From the human T2T-CHM13v2.0 reference genome, Homo sapiens: a stretch of 64,000 nucleotides of DNA. Shown piece by piece: positions 1 through 17,319 of the stretch. The stretch is taken from NCBI RefSeq assembly GCF_009914755.1, contig NC_060926.1. One strand, written 5' to 3'. Below the pieces are notes generated by a model, which had not been told where the DNA came from, searched no databases, and was given only the letters and a program-made list of their open reading frames with translations. The position numbers were made by a program, and so were the translations under genes. Within the stretch, counting starts at the first letter, position 1. Each line of letters opens with the position of its first letter.

Positions 1-38
1 CCGAGTAGCTTACATGCCACTACACCTGGCTAAAATTT
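1..38 (-). mobile_element. Alu fragment running off the window edge
   Basis: ccgagtagct...gccactacacctggctaa matches antisense Alu right-arm start. Confidence 0.7.
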
Positions 39-1600
39 TCTTTATAATGAATGTCTTCTTATCAGTTTCACTGGGAAGCAGGCGGGTAAAATCCTAAATT
101 GTATCCAATTTGGTAAATTTCAAGCTTGATTTAGTAATCAAAATTGTCTTTCATAGATAACTTGGCTCACTCACGTAAATGTCAGCCTTTTGGAGACTGC
201 TCTCTCTGGCTGCTGAATCCCCGTGTGGCAGGTGATTCCTATCAGAGTCTTGCACAGCCCAGGAGGGAGGCCCCTGGGTTCCCGTGGCATTGCCTGGATC
301 TTCACAGCCTGCTCCTTGAGCTCATGACTGCTATGATGGGATGGCCCCATCTTGCTTTCTGGGGCGCTGTGCCAGGAGCTGTCGCTGGAGCCCATGGTCC
401 CTGCCAGCTTTCCTAGTGGTCACTCAGTCCTGTCACCAGGCCTCTGCCTTTCTGCTGGCACTCTCAACACCTGCTCAGGTGCTGTCTCAGGCTCCCCTAC
501 CTCCTACTTCCTGCGCTACCTCCAGGCCTTCATGTGGGTGCTTCTCCTGGACCCAGCGTACCTGGAGAAGGGTGCCTCCAGCCCAGACGCTCCCTGCGGC
601 CTTCAGACATGCTTTAAAAGCATGTGTTTAAAAGCTCCCAACTTTCTAGGTTGTGCCCTGACACACTGGTGGGGAAGGTGGGGAAGGTAATAATGGTAGT
701 GGCAGAGAAGAGCTCTGGTGCCTGATCTACCTGTTCTCTCCCTATCCCCCTTCCCCTTCCCATAGTCTATGAGGATAGAGAGATAAACTTTCCTTCATCA
801 TCTTCTAAAATGTAGTCAGTCAGGCCTACCTCTTGATGTGCTAAAAGAGGGTCAAAGGAATTTAGTAAACCTTGACTCTCTCGACATCTAGCTTTCTGTC
901 TGAGACTCAGACATTACCCCAATGTACAAGAAACTCCAGAACAACAAGGTTTACAGGACATGAAAATGTATCTAAAGACAATTCCAGAAAGTATTAATCC
1001 CATTGCAGACATATGTTAGTTCAACAGGAGAGACTAACTATACTGACACTTAATTCCAACACAATATATTATATGAATCCTTATGTAGGGAACATCGAAC
1101 AACACGATGAACACCATCTCAAATATTTATTTGGCAAACCTTCTTCCAATAGCTGTTTGTTCTATCAACCCTCAATAAAAGTAGGCCAGAACATTAGGCA
1201 CTTCCCTGGTGAAAGGGCCTGATCTTGGTGAGTCTAGTTGTGCTGTATCTGGTGTTCTTACATCTGGATGCAACTTAGACACCCCAGAGACAATGGCGTA
1301 GCATAGCACATGTCGCTTCTTTCAGCCAGTGCTAGGATGTGGGAACAAAGGCACAGTCCATCTCTCTCACCCTGAAGAAGGGCAGAGAGAGCTTCAAAAA
1401 GGGATATGGGCACAGCCAACCTCTCAACCATCACAATTTTTTTTTTGACTATTAGTTATGATTCAAACTATGAAGCAGAAATGGCTTGGGAGTTTTGAGA
1501 GGAAATGACTCAACAAATACAAAATATTGGAGAAGAGATCAGACTCCAGGATCTTCTACATTCAGGCTAGAGATATGCAACTATCAACAGTCTGGATATA

Positions 1601-3035
<1,435 letters not shown>

Positions 3036-3936
3036 TTAAGGCTTAAGTTTGGGGAAAAAGAGACAAAATGTTAAATATGTAGAGACAACATTATTGTGTA
3101 AATAGAAAATCCAAGTTATTAGACCAAGTAAAAGAGTTTAGCACAATTGCTGGGTATAAAGTTAACATGCAAATAAACTTGAGTTTATTTCAATATGTGA
3201 ACAGTAAACATTGAGAAAATAAAAAATTTTAAAGTGATCATTTATACTTGCAACACAAATGAAGTATTTATGAATAAGTCTAACAAAATGTATGCTAATT
3301 TTGTATAAAATATTAAATTTTATTGGGAGACATTAAAGAATGCATTAATAAATGCAGAGACTTACTATATTTATGGATGAATGAGTCTATATTGTAAATA
3401 TGCCATTTTCTCCAAATTTATATGTAGATTCAATGCATCACAATCAAAATCCCAACACATTTTTGCATGTAGAATTTGGTAAGCTTATTATAAAACTCAT
3501 ATGAAAATGCAATAATTATAAGAAAAAGAAGGTGATGGAATTGCCCTGCCAGATATCATGACTTATTATAAAGGCATAGTAATTAAGAAAGTGTGACATT
3601 AGCACAGGCATAGAGAAATAGATCAATAAAACAGAAGAGAGAGCCATGAGCAGACCCACACATATATGGATACTTGATCAATATGACTGACTGCAGATTA
3701 CAGGGGAGTGGGGAAAAGACTTTTTAAGAAATTATTCCGGGGAGGGAAAAAAAGAGCTATAGGGGGAAAAAAATTGAATCTCTATTTCACACCACATACT
3801 AAAATCTCTTTAATTTGGAATAAAGAGCTAAATGTGAAACGTAAAACTACAAACCTTTTAAAAAAAGAGAGAGAAGCACATACCTTTGTGCTCTCAGAAC
3901 AAGAGTTCTTGAATGAGATATAAAAGTAAAGAAGTA

Positions 3937-4003
3937 GCTAGGTGTGGTGGCTCAAGCCTGTAATCTCAGCACTTTGGGAGGCTGAGGTGAGTGGATCACC
4001 TGA
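3937..4003 (+). mobile_element. Alu left-arm 5' fragment
   Basis: gtggtggctcaagcctgtaatctcagcactttgggaggctgagg...ggatcacctga, then stops. Confidence 0.85.
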
Positions 4004-5147
4004 ATAAAGCTAGAGGAGCAGAAGTTGAAAAGGTATAAGTGAAACGAGATTGTCCATGAAATTATAATTGTTGAAGCTGAGTGATAGGTACAAGGAGATT
4101 CATCATATTATTCTATCTACTTTTGTATATGTTTGGAATTTTATCATAAATTATTTTTGAGAGAGAGAGAGATCAAGGAGGGACTATAAAGAGATGAAAA
4201 CAAACCACAAACTGGAACTACACATATAAGCAATGAAGGACTAATATCCAGAACACAGAAAGAACTAAAAATCAAGGGGAAAAAAACCAATTTTTTAAAG
4301 GTAACAGACTTGAACAGACAAGTCTGAAAAGTGGAAATCCAAATGGTGAAGAAACAAACAAAAAGCTCAACTTCATTAATAATCTGGGAGATAAAATGTA
4401 AACCACAATAAGATACCATTTTGTACCCCCCAGATTGGAAAAATTAAGTCTGTAATACCAAGAGATGACAAGGATGCAGATGCCTCTGGGAGTATAAATT
4501 GGTACAGCCAATGTGGAAAGCAACTGGACTTGATCTAGTCATGTTGAAGACCATGTCATCCAGCAATTTTATTCCTAGATAAATATCTTAGGGCAACCCA
4601 TGCATGTGCGCACCAGGAGACAAGAAAGCTTTACAACAACAACATCAGTAAGGACCAAACACTGAGAACAACTCAAATGTCCATCAGCCATAAAATGCAT
4701 TAACTGTGAGCTTGTATGCTATATGAAATCTCAGCAGTGAAAATATATACAATGAAACTATAGCTATGTCCACCAAATGAAGCAAATCATCAAAGAATGC
4801 ATACAGTACATTTATTTCCAAGTTTAAAAATAGACGAGTAGGTTAAACTATATGAAGCTGTATGAATTTGCAGATATTCAGCATTTTTCTCTTACAAATG
4901 GCATTTGTCATTCACTGTAGTACTGTTTAGGGTGCATACATAAATGGTAAAACCATAAAGGAAAGCAAGGTTCAATCAGACTTTTTCTGATTAACAGAAA
5001 AGTCAGGATAGTGTTACCTCTAGGAGAAGGAAGGGAGATTTGACTGAGGAAGGACCTGGGGTGTTGCTGGTGGGGAACTTCACAGGTACTAGTGATGTTC
5101 TAGTCTATTTATTTATCTCACGGGTGGTTACAAAAATATTTGCTTTA

Positions 5148-5521
<374 letters not shown>

Positions 5522-6459
5522 TGATTTTATTTTTTAAATAAAAAGAGGAAATAAAATTTTACCTGCCAGTTCTGAACTCAGGGCACACCAGCCAAGCAAG
5601 AGATCAGGGCACAGTTGAGAGTTAGAGAGAGCAGGCCACCTGCTGCTGAAGGATAGGGGACTCAAATCACAGATGACCTGTAGTGGTCACTCCACACACA
5701 TGATTTGTCTTGCTTTGTCTTGTTTTTCCCAGATAACAATTGCTAATAGAATTATTATTCCACTCAGAATGCTAAATATGGTAAATTTATTTATCCATGA
5801 CTTCACTTATAATGCTATATAATAAACTACTTAAGTGTGTTTCCCCAGCAGAGGATGAGCCCCCTGGGGGCAAGAAATGGGACGTTTTCATGCTTGTACT
5901 AAAGCAGAGTGCCTGACACTGTAGATCCTCAATTAAAAGGTCACTGAAAGGATGGACTCCAGATGACTGGATGGACAGGTAGATGGATGGATAGACATCT
6001 TAATGGTTGCAGGTCTTTGTTAAATAGGGGATTTTATTTTCAGAACTAGCGAAGGGATTTTTTAAGCCTCCCATGGGGAATACAGTGGTGTTATAAAAGT
6101 GCTAGTGTGGTATAAACAGAGAGTACAGCATATTTAATGATTTAGTGAATGGGACAACAGATTCTATGTTTTGAGTGCCCCATTATGTCCCTGTCCTATT
6201 ATGCTGCTGGGATTTGTCAGCCACACAGGGTGTGCCACCTCCTTGCACAGCTCCAGGGCACCTGTTCTCTTTGTGTTTTAGGTAAATAGTGTTCCTGGAG
6301 TTGTGCAGTGGGCAAGTTCTGAGCCCACCTTTGCTGGGGAGGCTCTGCAGCGCCAGGCACAGCGATGGACCCAGGATGTGAGGTGAGCGTGCAGGCTGGC
6401 TCGACGCACCTCCCACCCCCTTGTCAAGGAGGGAAGCACTCAGATGACGTGTTTTGGGA

Positions 6460-6670
6460 AACGTTTTCCTTCCTCACTGTTTTTCCTTCTGTTTTCATTT
6501 CTTCTCGCCTACTTTTCTCCCTCCCTTTTTCCTCCTTTTTCTCCTTTCTCTCTTCCTCTTTCCCCCTTTTCCCTTCCTTCCCCTTGCCCCCCTCACTTCT
6601 CTCTTGGTCCCCTCGCCTCTCTCTGTTCCTGTCCTTGTCCTTCTTTTGTCTCCTTCTCCTTCCCAACCCC
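6460..6670. repeat. CT-rich low-complexity polypyrimidine tract
   Basis: Direct inspection. Confidence 0.85.
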
Positions 6671-7769
6671 TGCACTCAGAAGTGATCTTTTGGGTCCTCT
6701 ATATCTGTCTCCTACTCTCAGTCGGGCAGCCCAGCAGTAAAGACATTGAAACTTAATTCTGCAACCCTCATCTCCCCTCCCCAAGAGACCAGCTCTGACT
6801 GTGGTTTTTAAGAGGCCCAATTTCCTCTGGGACCTTCACCCTGTGCACTCCCCACCCCACTGCCACCCACAATGTGCAGACCCCTTTGGGTGGCCTGGAA
6901 TCTGCTCCACTAGGTGACCACAAAGCCCCTTTGGGCTGGCTTGGGGGTCCTTTCCAAAGCTGGGGGCAGGAGAGGAACCCTCTTTTTACTTCTAAATTTA
7001 TCCATCCTTAGCTCCATGAGCAAATGCCCCACTCTTCCTGGACCCCACAATAGAAACACAGACTTTGGCTGCCCTTCTTTTCACCCCTAAGGAGGGCTGC
7101 TTTTGCGCTAAGGGGCATTAGAAGATCATCCTCTGCCAGGAATGCATAGATGCTTTTTCTCTGCAGACTCTGCCCTGAGCTGATTTGACCTGATTGACTG
7201 GAGAGGCAGGGATTGTGGAGCAGAGCGGGAGGAGCATAGTGGGAGGGGGCTGGGAGAGGCAGAGGGAGAAGGAAAGCTCAAAGTCCAGAATTTTAGAACC
7301 GGAGGAGGAGAAGGAAGGACCCTGTAGGATCCAGCACCCCATCCCACCCATTTCTCTGCCAGAGTCACAAGCAGTCTGCCCCCTTCCTGTGTGGGTAATT
7401 GGCAAAGCCCGGACAAGCAGGCAAGTCTCCGATTCCATCCCAGCCCAGCACCGCCCACCGTCTTATTCAGGCAAAGAGAGTTGACTGTCTTGGCAGCAAA
7501 ATGAAACCTTTTGATTTACGAGGAATTCTGAGATATCTTCCAGCTGACAGTCTTTGGAGAATTGCACAAGCCCACACTTTTGTGGGGGCAGCATTTAATG
7601 AAATGAACACATGAGTTATTCGTTTTTCATTAAGGATGACATGCAGAGAGTACATATCAGGATGAAAAATAGGTCCTGGCCTGGGGCTCCACAGCCTCAT
7701 GATCTTGAGTGAGCAGGAGAGCCAGGAGCACCCACTTCCAGAGGCAGGGAACGGGAGGAAGGAGAGCTA

Positions 7770-7940
7770 ACACCTTCGGAGCACTTACTGTCATCTTCAT
7801 TGTCTCCCGTAATTCTCACTAGGTACTCTTGCTCCAGAGTTACAGATGAGAAAACTGAGGCTCAGAGAGAGCAAGTAACATGCCCAGAGTCACCCAGCTA
7901 GTGAGGGACAGAGGTAGGATTTCAATCCCAGGCTGCTTTG
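7770..7940 (-). mobile_element. MIR SINE
   Basis: Core ttacagatgagaaaactgaggctcagagag...aacatgcccagagtcacccagctagt. Confidence 0.85.
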
Positions 7941-8289
7941 GCTCAGCTCCAACAAGCTGTCCATGCAGGAGCAGGAGGCCAACTGTGCAGGGCCTGGGGA
8001 CCAGTGGTGCAGACGGGACCCACGCTGCAGACGTTCACTCCAGATGGATGCTGAAAGACAGAGGAGCCCTGAGGCCTGGCAAGGAGAACCGTAGGCTTTG
8101 GTGGTCAGCCAGGCCCGGCTGGAGGGTGGCTGAGCCTATGAAGTCTGGGAAGCAGTTGGGCCATGAAAGTGATGCCCAGCAGTCTCTGTTTTTGCTGTTT
8201 TCCAGCTTTCCAGCCTCCGAGCAACTTGGCATCTGTATGAGAAAACCCAGTCAGCCCTCATCTCAGATGCAGGTGCAACACATATGGCC

Positions 8290-8710
8290 GTCAAGCTGGG
8301 CAGACCTGAGTTTGAATCCTGAGCCTACCGCTCGTTAACTGTTAGACCCTGAAAAAGTGCCTCAACCTCTCTTGAGCCTCCACTTTCCATACCTGTCATG
8401 TTTATTTAACAATACCTACCTCTCAGCATTTTCATGAAAGTTTTAAGATGATATTATTATGAGTAGCAGCTGTATAACAGTAATAATAACTCATGTATAC
8501 TGAGTGTATTTATATGCCCTGTACTATGCTGAGAACTTTACATACATTACCACATTACCTGACTTAACCTTCAAAACACCTCTCTGAAGAATTGCTGTTA
8601 CATAACAGCCCCATTTTACCTGCAAGAAATGGAAGCTCAGAGTTCTTTGTTGCCCAGGTCACGTGGTTAGCAAATAGAGTCAGGGTCAGAATTTGAACCC
8701 TGGTCTGCGT
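8290..8710. mobile_element. Two oppositely oriented MIR fragments
   Basis: gacctgagtttgaatcct...ctctcttgagcctc and cccattttac...ggaagctcagag...ttgcccaggtcac. Confidence 0.7.
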
Positions 8711-9469
8711 GCGCCTGCAGCCCACCAATATGAGTCTTAATGAACAAAGTACCTACCATACAGTAGACCCTTAACAAATGGGAGTTCGAGTCCTTTCTTT
8801 CTCCCCTAAATGCACAGATTTTCACAGTGCCCTCTGAGATTTGCTTTAGAGCTTGCCCACATGGAGTTTTCAGAAAGTCAGGAGAAAGCGAGGTGGTGGG
8901 TGCATCCCCCGATCCAGGGACCCCTCCCTCCCCCCGCTCAGCCTTCCTTCCTTTTAGGGTTTGGCAAAGGCTGCTTCACTCGAGGCCTCTCATGGAGCTG
9001 GAAACAATGCGAGTTTATTTTGGCACGGCAAAGAGGGCCCGATTCCCCTTCTCTGGACGCCTCTGTGGGAAGAGGACTAGAGAATGTGGCCCAGGCCGCT
9101 GTCAGTTCCCGTTACTCTCCCCAGCACGTCCACGGCCGAGTCACAGCCATCACATGTAGCTCTGAGAAGGAAATGAGATAAGAGCTTTCTTTCCACTTCA
9201 GACTGATCATAAAATTTCCCCTCCTCTCTCCACGCTCCCCCACAAAAAGAAGTTGAACCAAGGACATGGTGCTGCCGTTAAACTGAATACTCTTAGCAGA
9301 TCTCTTCTCAGTCCTGTGGGGACATCCTCACCTGGGTATTTGGCTACCTGTGGCAGATACGATAAGCAGGGCCCATGGCCAGTGTGGTGATGGAAGTCAT
9401 AGACACTCAGAGTGGCAAGGGACTGTCACTGTCCTCTGATCCCAGCCCCTACCTGGCTTAGATTCAGAT

Positions 9470-9690
9470 TCAGCCAGTATTTATCAGATGCCAACCCTGG
9501 GCCAAGCCAGGAGTGCTTTTGCATCTGTTATTTCATATTTCAGAATCCACACAACGTTCTTTTTGGAAAGGCCTTACTTTCCCATCTTTACAAATGTGGA
9601 AACTGTGGCTCAGAGAGGTCAAGTAGTTGGCTCAAGATCATGACGTGAGTAGGTCAGTGGTAGCGCTAGGATATGGTCTTCCAGCTCTGA
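9470..9690 (-). mobile_element. MIR SINE
   Basis: ttacaaatgtggaaactgtggctcagagaggtcaagta. Confidence 0.75.
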
Positions 9691-10433
9691 GACCAAGCCC
9701 TGTCTGTCCCAGGCACAGGAGGAGTCTCTTCTACAACACTCCAGGTAGAAGATTCATCCAGACTTTGAATTCCTTGGGTATTCCTTATTTCTAAGGAAAG
9801 TCTCATCTAAAATGTTTTTAGGGGTTGAACTAAAACCTACCTCTCTCTCACTTTCATCTATGGGTCCTATAAGTCCTAAATCTAACTCCAGGCAAAGGGA
9901 AGAAAGCCAGAGCTCTGCCCTTGGCCATGTCTGTTCTTCAGAGATGAGAAGATGGCCCCAGATGACCCTTGGCTGCCCCACCCCTGTCCTAGAACCAGCC
10001 CTGCCACTTCCTAAATGTGGACTCATTTCTTAACATCTCTGAGTTGCCATCAGATGGGGGCGATGGTGTCTACGTTGCCAGATGGCTGAGGGACTCAATG
10101 AGAGGATGTCTCAAATGCACTTCCCCCAGAGCCTGCACACAATTAGCTCTCAGCCAATGGCAGCTATTGTTGTTTTATCGTCAATAGTATTTAACCTCTC
10201 CAAACCTTGGTTCCTTTTCTATGGAGTGGGAATTATAATACCTACTTTCGTTTCCCCCATCAACGCAAGTAGGCATTCCAATAATACCAACTTCACATGT
10301 CTGGGAGGAACGCACAACGATGCAGGCAGAGAGCGCTCAGAAACTATGAAAAGCAGGTCACGTGCTCTGGCACCCTGGCTGCCTTTTTGGGGAGCCTGTT
10401 TCCTGAGCCTTCTGTCCTTCACCAGAATTTTCA

Positions 10434-10931
<498 letters not shown>

Positions 10932-11520
10932 TTACAATATAACAAGGGTGATTCAAATCCCCTATCCTGGAGGTGGTAAAACTCAAAAGACAGTTGAGGG
11001 TAGAAGACGAAATGGCACGCATCTCAAAGACAGAGAGCAGAGAAGGTGTGCAGGTGCGGAAAGGACTGCTAGTGTCCACAGGGAACCCAAGGCCACTGAC
11101 CTGGAGGGTGGGAGAGAAATGGGCGGGAATCGGAGGATGTTGGGAGAGGGAGGAAGGTGGCCCACACCTCAGCTGGGAGGCCCTATTGGAGTGCACAGGC
11201 CCCTTTGCTTGAAATCCAGGAGAAGGGGGCTCCTGAGGCTAGAATTTGTGTAGTTCTTAAAAGTTTTCAGAAGCACATTTTCCCCTGTAGATTCTTTCCT
11301 GGAACAATCCCACCAAGCCTGCAAGGTGAGGAAGGAAATTGAACACGCCCCTCCTGAGCTCCTCAGGTGCACCTCGTGCTGCTGTCCTGGGGCCATCTCC
11401 CAACTCCTCCCAACCCCTCATAGCCCTGCTCTGGAGCAGGTAAATATTCCTCACGCCAGCAGGTGAGGAGGCTGGGGCCAGATGACAGCTAGTGAGGGAG
11501 CAGAGACAAGACAAGGCGAG

Positions 11521-11557
11521 CCTGTGACAGAGCGAGACCCTGTCTCAAAAAACAAAA
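11521..11557 (+). mobile_element. Extremely 5'-truncated Alu (last ~25 nt plus tail)
   Basis: gtgacagagcgagaccctgtctcaaaaaa between imperfect direct repeats acaagaca...gagc. Confidence 0.75.
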
Positions 11558-12519
11558 ACAAGACATGTGAGCTTGGACTCCAGTGTGGAATCCCATGTCC
11601 GCTCAGTGCACCTTTCTGCCGCTGAAAGTACAAGAGGAGAGGGGAAACCCACAGGTGGAGCTGACCATGAGGACTGTCACAGGTGAGCTCAGGGGCTTGG
11701 GCGCCACCCCACAGGCCATGGGGGGCTGCTGACCAACTCTGGGAGTGACATCATGAGGAATGTGGCATTTTAGGACAGTTGCCTTCTTAATGAAGAGGAC
11801 TCTGCTGAGTCTGGTGTAGCCAGGGGTGGCAGGAGCCAGCTGACATGGGTATGAGGGCTACTCCCTGACCCTCTCGGGAGGGTGTTACTAGCAGCAGCCA
11901 CTGCAGCCCTGAGCCCCAGAAACACCATTGTGGAGGCTTACAGTGCCTTCTCGAAGCTACCCAGCTTTCCCTCACCAGGGGCTGGTCCTTGGTTCCCACC
12001 TGCTGCCATTCTTCCAGCTTTGAGAGGCAAATCCAGAAATCAGCCCTCCAGCTTCCTCTACCAAGAAGACTGGCGGTTACAACCCTGGCTCTGTGGGGCT
12101 TCTCTTGCCCTCTCTTCTGACTGCCCTACTTGGCTCCAGGTGAGGGTGAGAGGAAGCTGGAGATGGAAGATGCAGCTGGGGGAACTCACCAGGCAGGTCT
12201 CAGGTGAGAAGGGTGGGTGGGGAACCCGGCCCTGGCCCAGAGCACTGGAACTGTCCAGCAACCCTGGGGAAGGTGAAAAACCACCACTGAGTAGGCGGTG
12301 ACCTGTTGGGTGTCGGTGAGGGGAGCCCATGGGCTGCAAAAGGCACATTGGGGTCTCCCTCTTCCCATTCACACTTCACCCTCCAGTCACCCCAGCTTGG
12401 CCCAGGGCCAGGCAGGGGAGGCGCTGATCAGTCATCAGTAGTGCCGCGATCACAGTTTTCAGAGCTCCTTCCCTGCCTTAGCCTTCTTGATCCCTCAACA
12501 GCTCCTTGCAGGAGGGAGG

Positions 12520-12635
12520 TAGGGCAAGCTTTGTCTTAGTTTACAGATATGGAAACTGAGGCTCAGAGAGCTCATATGACTTCTCAAAGCCATGCAGTTG
12601 ATGAGGGACAGAGTGAGGTCTAAATGCAGGACCTC
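12520..12635 (-). mobile_element. MIR SINE
   Basis: tttacagatatggaaactgaggctcagagag. Confidence 0.8.
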
Positions 12636-13932
12636 CCAAGAATGGTGGACTTTTCCTCTCTGCCTTGTCCCCCCACTTCCTCTGTCAACTCTAGGAAGAT
12701 TGGTCTGGGGACCCCTGCAAAGGCACAGATGGGAATAAGCACCTTGGTCAAAGGATGATAAGGAAAATGGTGGACAGATGGGTTGAAGAAGGATCGCTTG
12801 ATTGAATTATTGAGACCTTATTTCCCTGAGCCTCCATCAGGTGATCCTTATATCTGTCCTGGAACACTAGACCACCCAGAAACAGGTGCAGCAACCCGGG
12901 CCAGCCCAGGCCGCTCATTCTGCTCCTCCTCTTGCCTCTCCTCCTCCAGGGAACTCTTTGAATAAGAGGACACCAGATCATGCCTGCAGTTCCAGCCCAG
13001 GGTGAGGTTGAAACACTTATGCTTCCTATTTAAAGCCACATCTCATTCATCATTTCAGCACCAATCAACAATTAAACCTGATTCAATGGAGCCCTGACAG
13101 CTAATTTAAACCGAGCCTCACAATCGGCCTGACACTGGCTATTTAAAACTCTGTCCTGGCCTCTGGGGCCTTTCGGAACCAGGACTGTTTGTCCTGCCAA
13201 GAGCAAAGCCCCACCCGCTGTGGCCTGGATCCCCATGTATGTAGTGTGCAGGGTCTGTTCCAGCCATCACTGTCTCTGCCTGGCTCCCTGTAGGGCTGTG
13301 GGAGGGTTCTGGGAGAGGTCGGGAATGCCAGGAGGAGGAATTGGTGAAGCAAAGAAAAGGCAAAAGCCCACTGAGAGGTCTAATGAGCCCCAGGTGCACA
13401 CACTTGTGTTGTGTGTGGCTTTCTTCAGGCCCTGGGCAAATGTGGCAGCCTGGGGTGTATTGGGAGCATCAGAACCCAGGTCAAGTCCTGACTCTGCAAT
13501 CCATAAACCAGTTCCGTGACCTTGCCCAGGTCCTTCCTTAGTTTCCTCACCAGTGTGGTGAGAATAACAAAGATCTCTTCTCAAACCGTCTCCCTGGGAG
13601 TTAAGAGATTCCCCCATATCTGGTGATCCCAGGTAAAGCACATGGAAAACCACCAAGTCCTAAAGCAGAGAAGTTCTGAGCAGAGCAGGCCTGAGCTTGT
13701 ATGGGGCCTGGTGCTGTGGGGCACCATGGCAGATTCCAGCCTGTGGTCATTATTGGGTTGCCTGGTGTCCCCATGGCTCTCTAGCGCTGATGGAAAACAG
13801 CCTTATATCACTAAGTGTGGACAATAACCCCTTCAGGCTGAGAACTTGGTTCAGACTTGTGTAGTCAGAGACATCTTCCTGGAGGCAGTGGACTTGAGCC
13901 AAGCTTTGGAGGCTGCAATAATTGAGTAAGTC

Positions 13933-14227
<295 letters not shown>

Positions 14228-14307
14228 AATTGAGTAAGCCTAGAATGAGGGAAGCCAAACCAGGCAGAACCACTTAGAGCTAGTAGAGCTTCCACAGCCA
14301 TTTCCTA

Positions 14308-16057
<1,750 letters not shown>

Positions 16058-16609
16058 ACTTGCCACTGAGAGCTTAAGACAGCAGGACACTGGCTGGGCT
16101 CTCCTGATATCACTTGCTCTGCCCCGTTCTGCCCCATCCAAAGAGCAGGGAATACCAGAAGTAGGGGGTAGGGAAACAGGAGATGGGAAAGTGGAAGGAC
16201 TCCAGCAGGGGTCCTTCATCTACATTCCTAGTGCAGACCCTTCTGGAAGGAAAAATACATACAAAAGGTGCAGTTGGGAGGCTGAAGGGCACCACCCAAC
16301 CCTATCACTGCCAGGAACCTGAGCTGCCCCCGACAGAGTGAGAGGGGTCTCATGGGTCCCCAAGCTCTCTGTGTGGCAGGAAACAATAGCCACTTTTCTG
16401 GGGCCTCCAAGGAGAGGAGGAGTGAGATCACACCTGGGGAGGGTGAAGGCAGAAATACAGGATATGAGCATCCTCCCAGGGGAGCATGGGGAGCCAGGAG
16501 CAAGGCCTGGGGCTGGCTGCCTCCTCCCCAGTGTCCCTCCTTCATCTAGGTTCCTGGGCCACACACTCTGGACTACCTGCCTCTGCTGGGATTCTTCAAT
16601 GGTCTCACA

Positions 16610-16845
16610 GACCCAACTAGACTGTAAGCTGCTTGAAAGCAGGTCCACGGCATCAGACTGTGGTTCAGGGCTCGGGTCCTGGAGTAGGGCAGGCCAGAGG
16701 CTGACCTACTTACTAGCTGTGTGATTTTAAGCCAGTCCCTTAACCTCCTTGAGATTCTCCTGTGCAATGAAGATAAAAATAGGACCTATCTCATGAGATC
16801 ATTGGGAAAAGTAAATGAGTTAATCAGAGTAAGTGCTTAACAAAA
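16610..16845 (+). mobile_element. L2 3' fragment followed by MIR
   Basis: ccaactagactgtaagctgcttgaaagcagg; tacttactagctgtgtgatttt...ggacctatctcatgag. Confidence 0.65.
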
Positions 16846-16996
16846 ATATCTCCATTGCTTGTGCCCCCAGAGCAACTAGCACCAGCCTCAGCATGGAGCA
16901 GGACTTCAGTTCCAGCAGCGAGGACTGAGATCAGACACAAGAGAAAGCTCCCTGATGAGGAGGGGTGATTCTAAAACGAAGGGCGGAAATTATCTG

Positions 16997-17016
16997 GGGA
17001 ATTTCCTTCCCGTGAA
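16997..17016 (+). promoter_or_regulatory. NF-kB site abutting a STAT6-type (N4) site
   Basis: GGGAATTTCC (16997-17006) then TTCCCGTGAA (17007-17016); motif match only. Confidence 0.4.
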
Positions 17017-17319
17017 GCCTCAGGAACATGCCAGTCCCCCACTTCGGTCTGTCCTGGGGGGTCTCACGCCCCTGTCCTCCTAGAGAAATCTAGATCCTCC
17101 AAACTCTGCCTGGGTTCTTCCTGGGGAGTCTTGACCCCTGCCTTGTGGTTGATGTGGGATAGGGGACCCGGGAACAGGGCTGCCTTCCTCTGGCCAAGGC
17201 CTGGCAAGCAAGTGTGGGATGGGTGCTGTCTTCCTGAGAGGGACAATAGAAGTGACAGAGCCCCCTAATTCAAGACCCTGCAGAGGTGGTGTGAGATCTT
17301 ATAATATCAGTCTCTAAGC

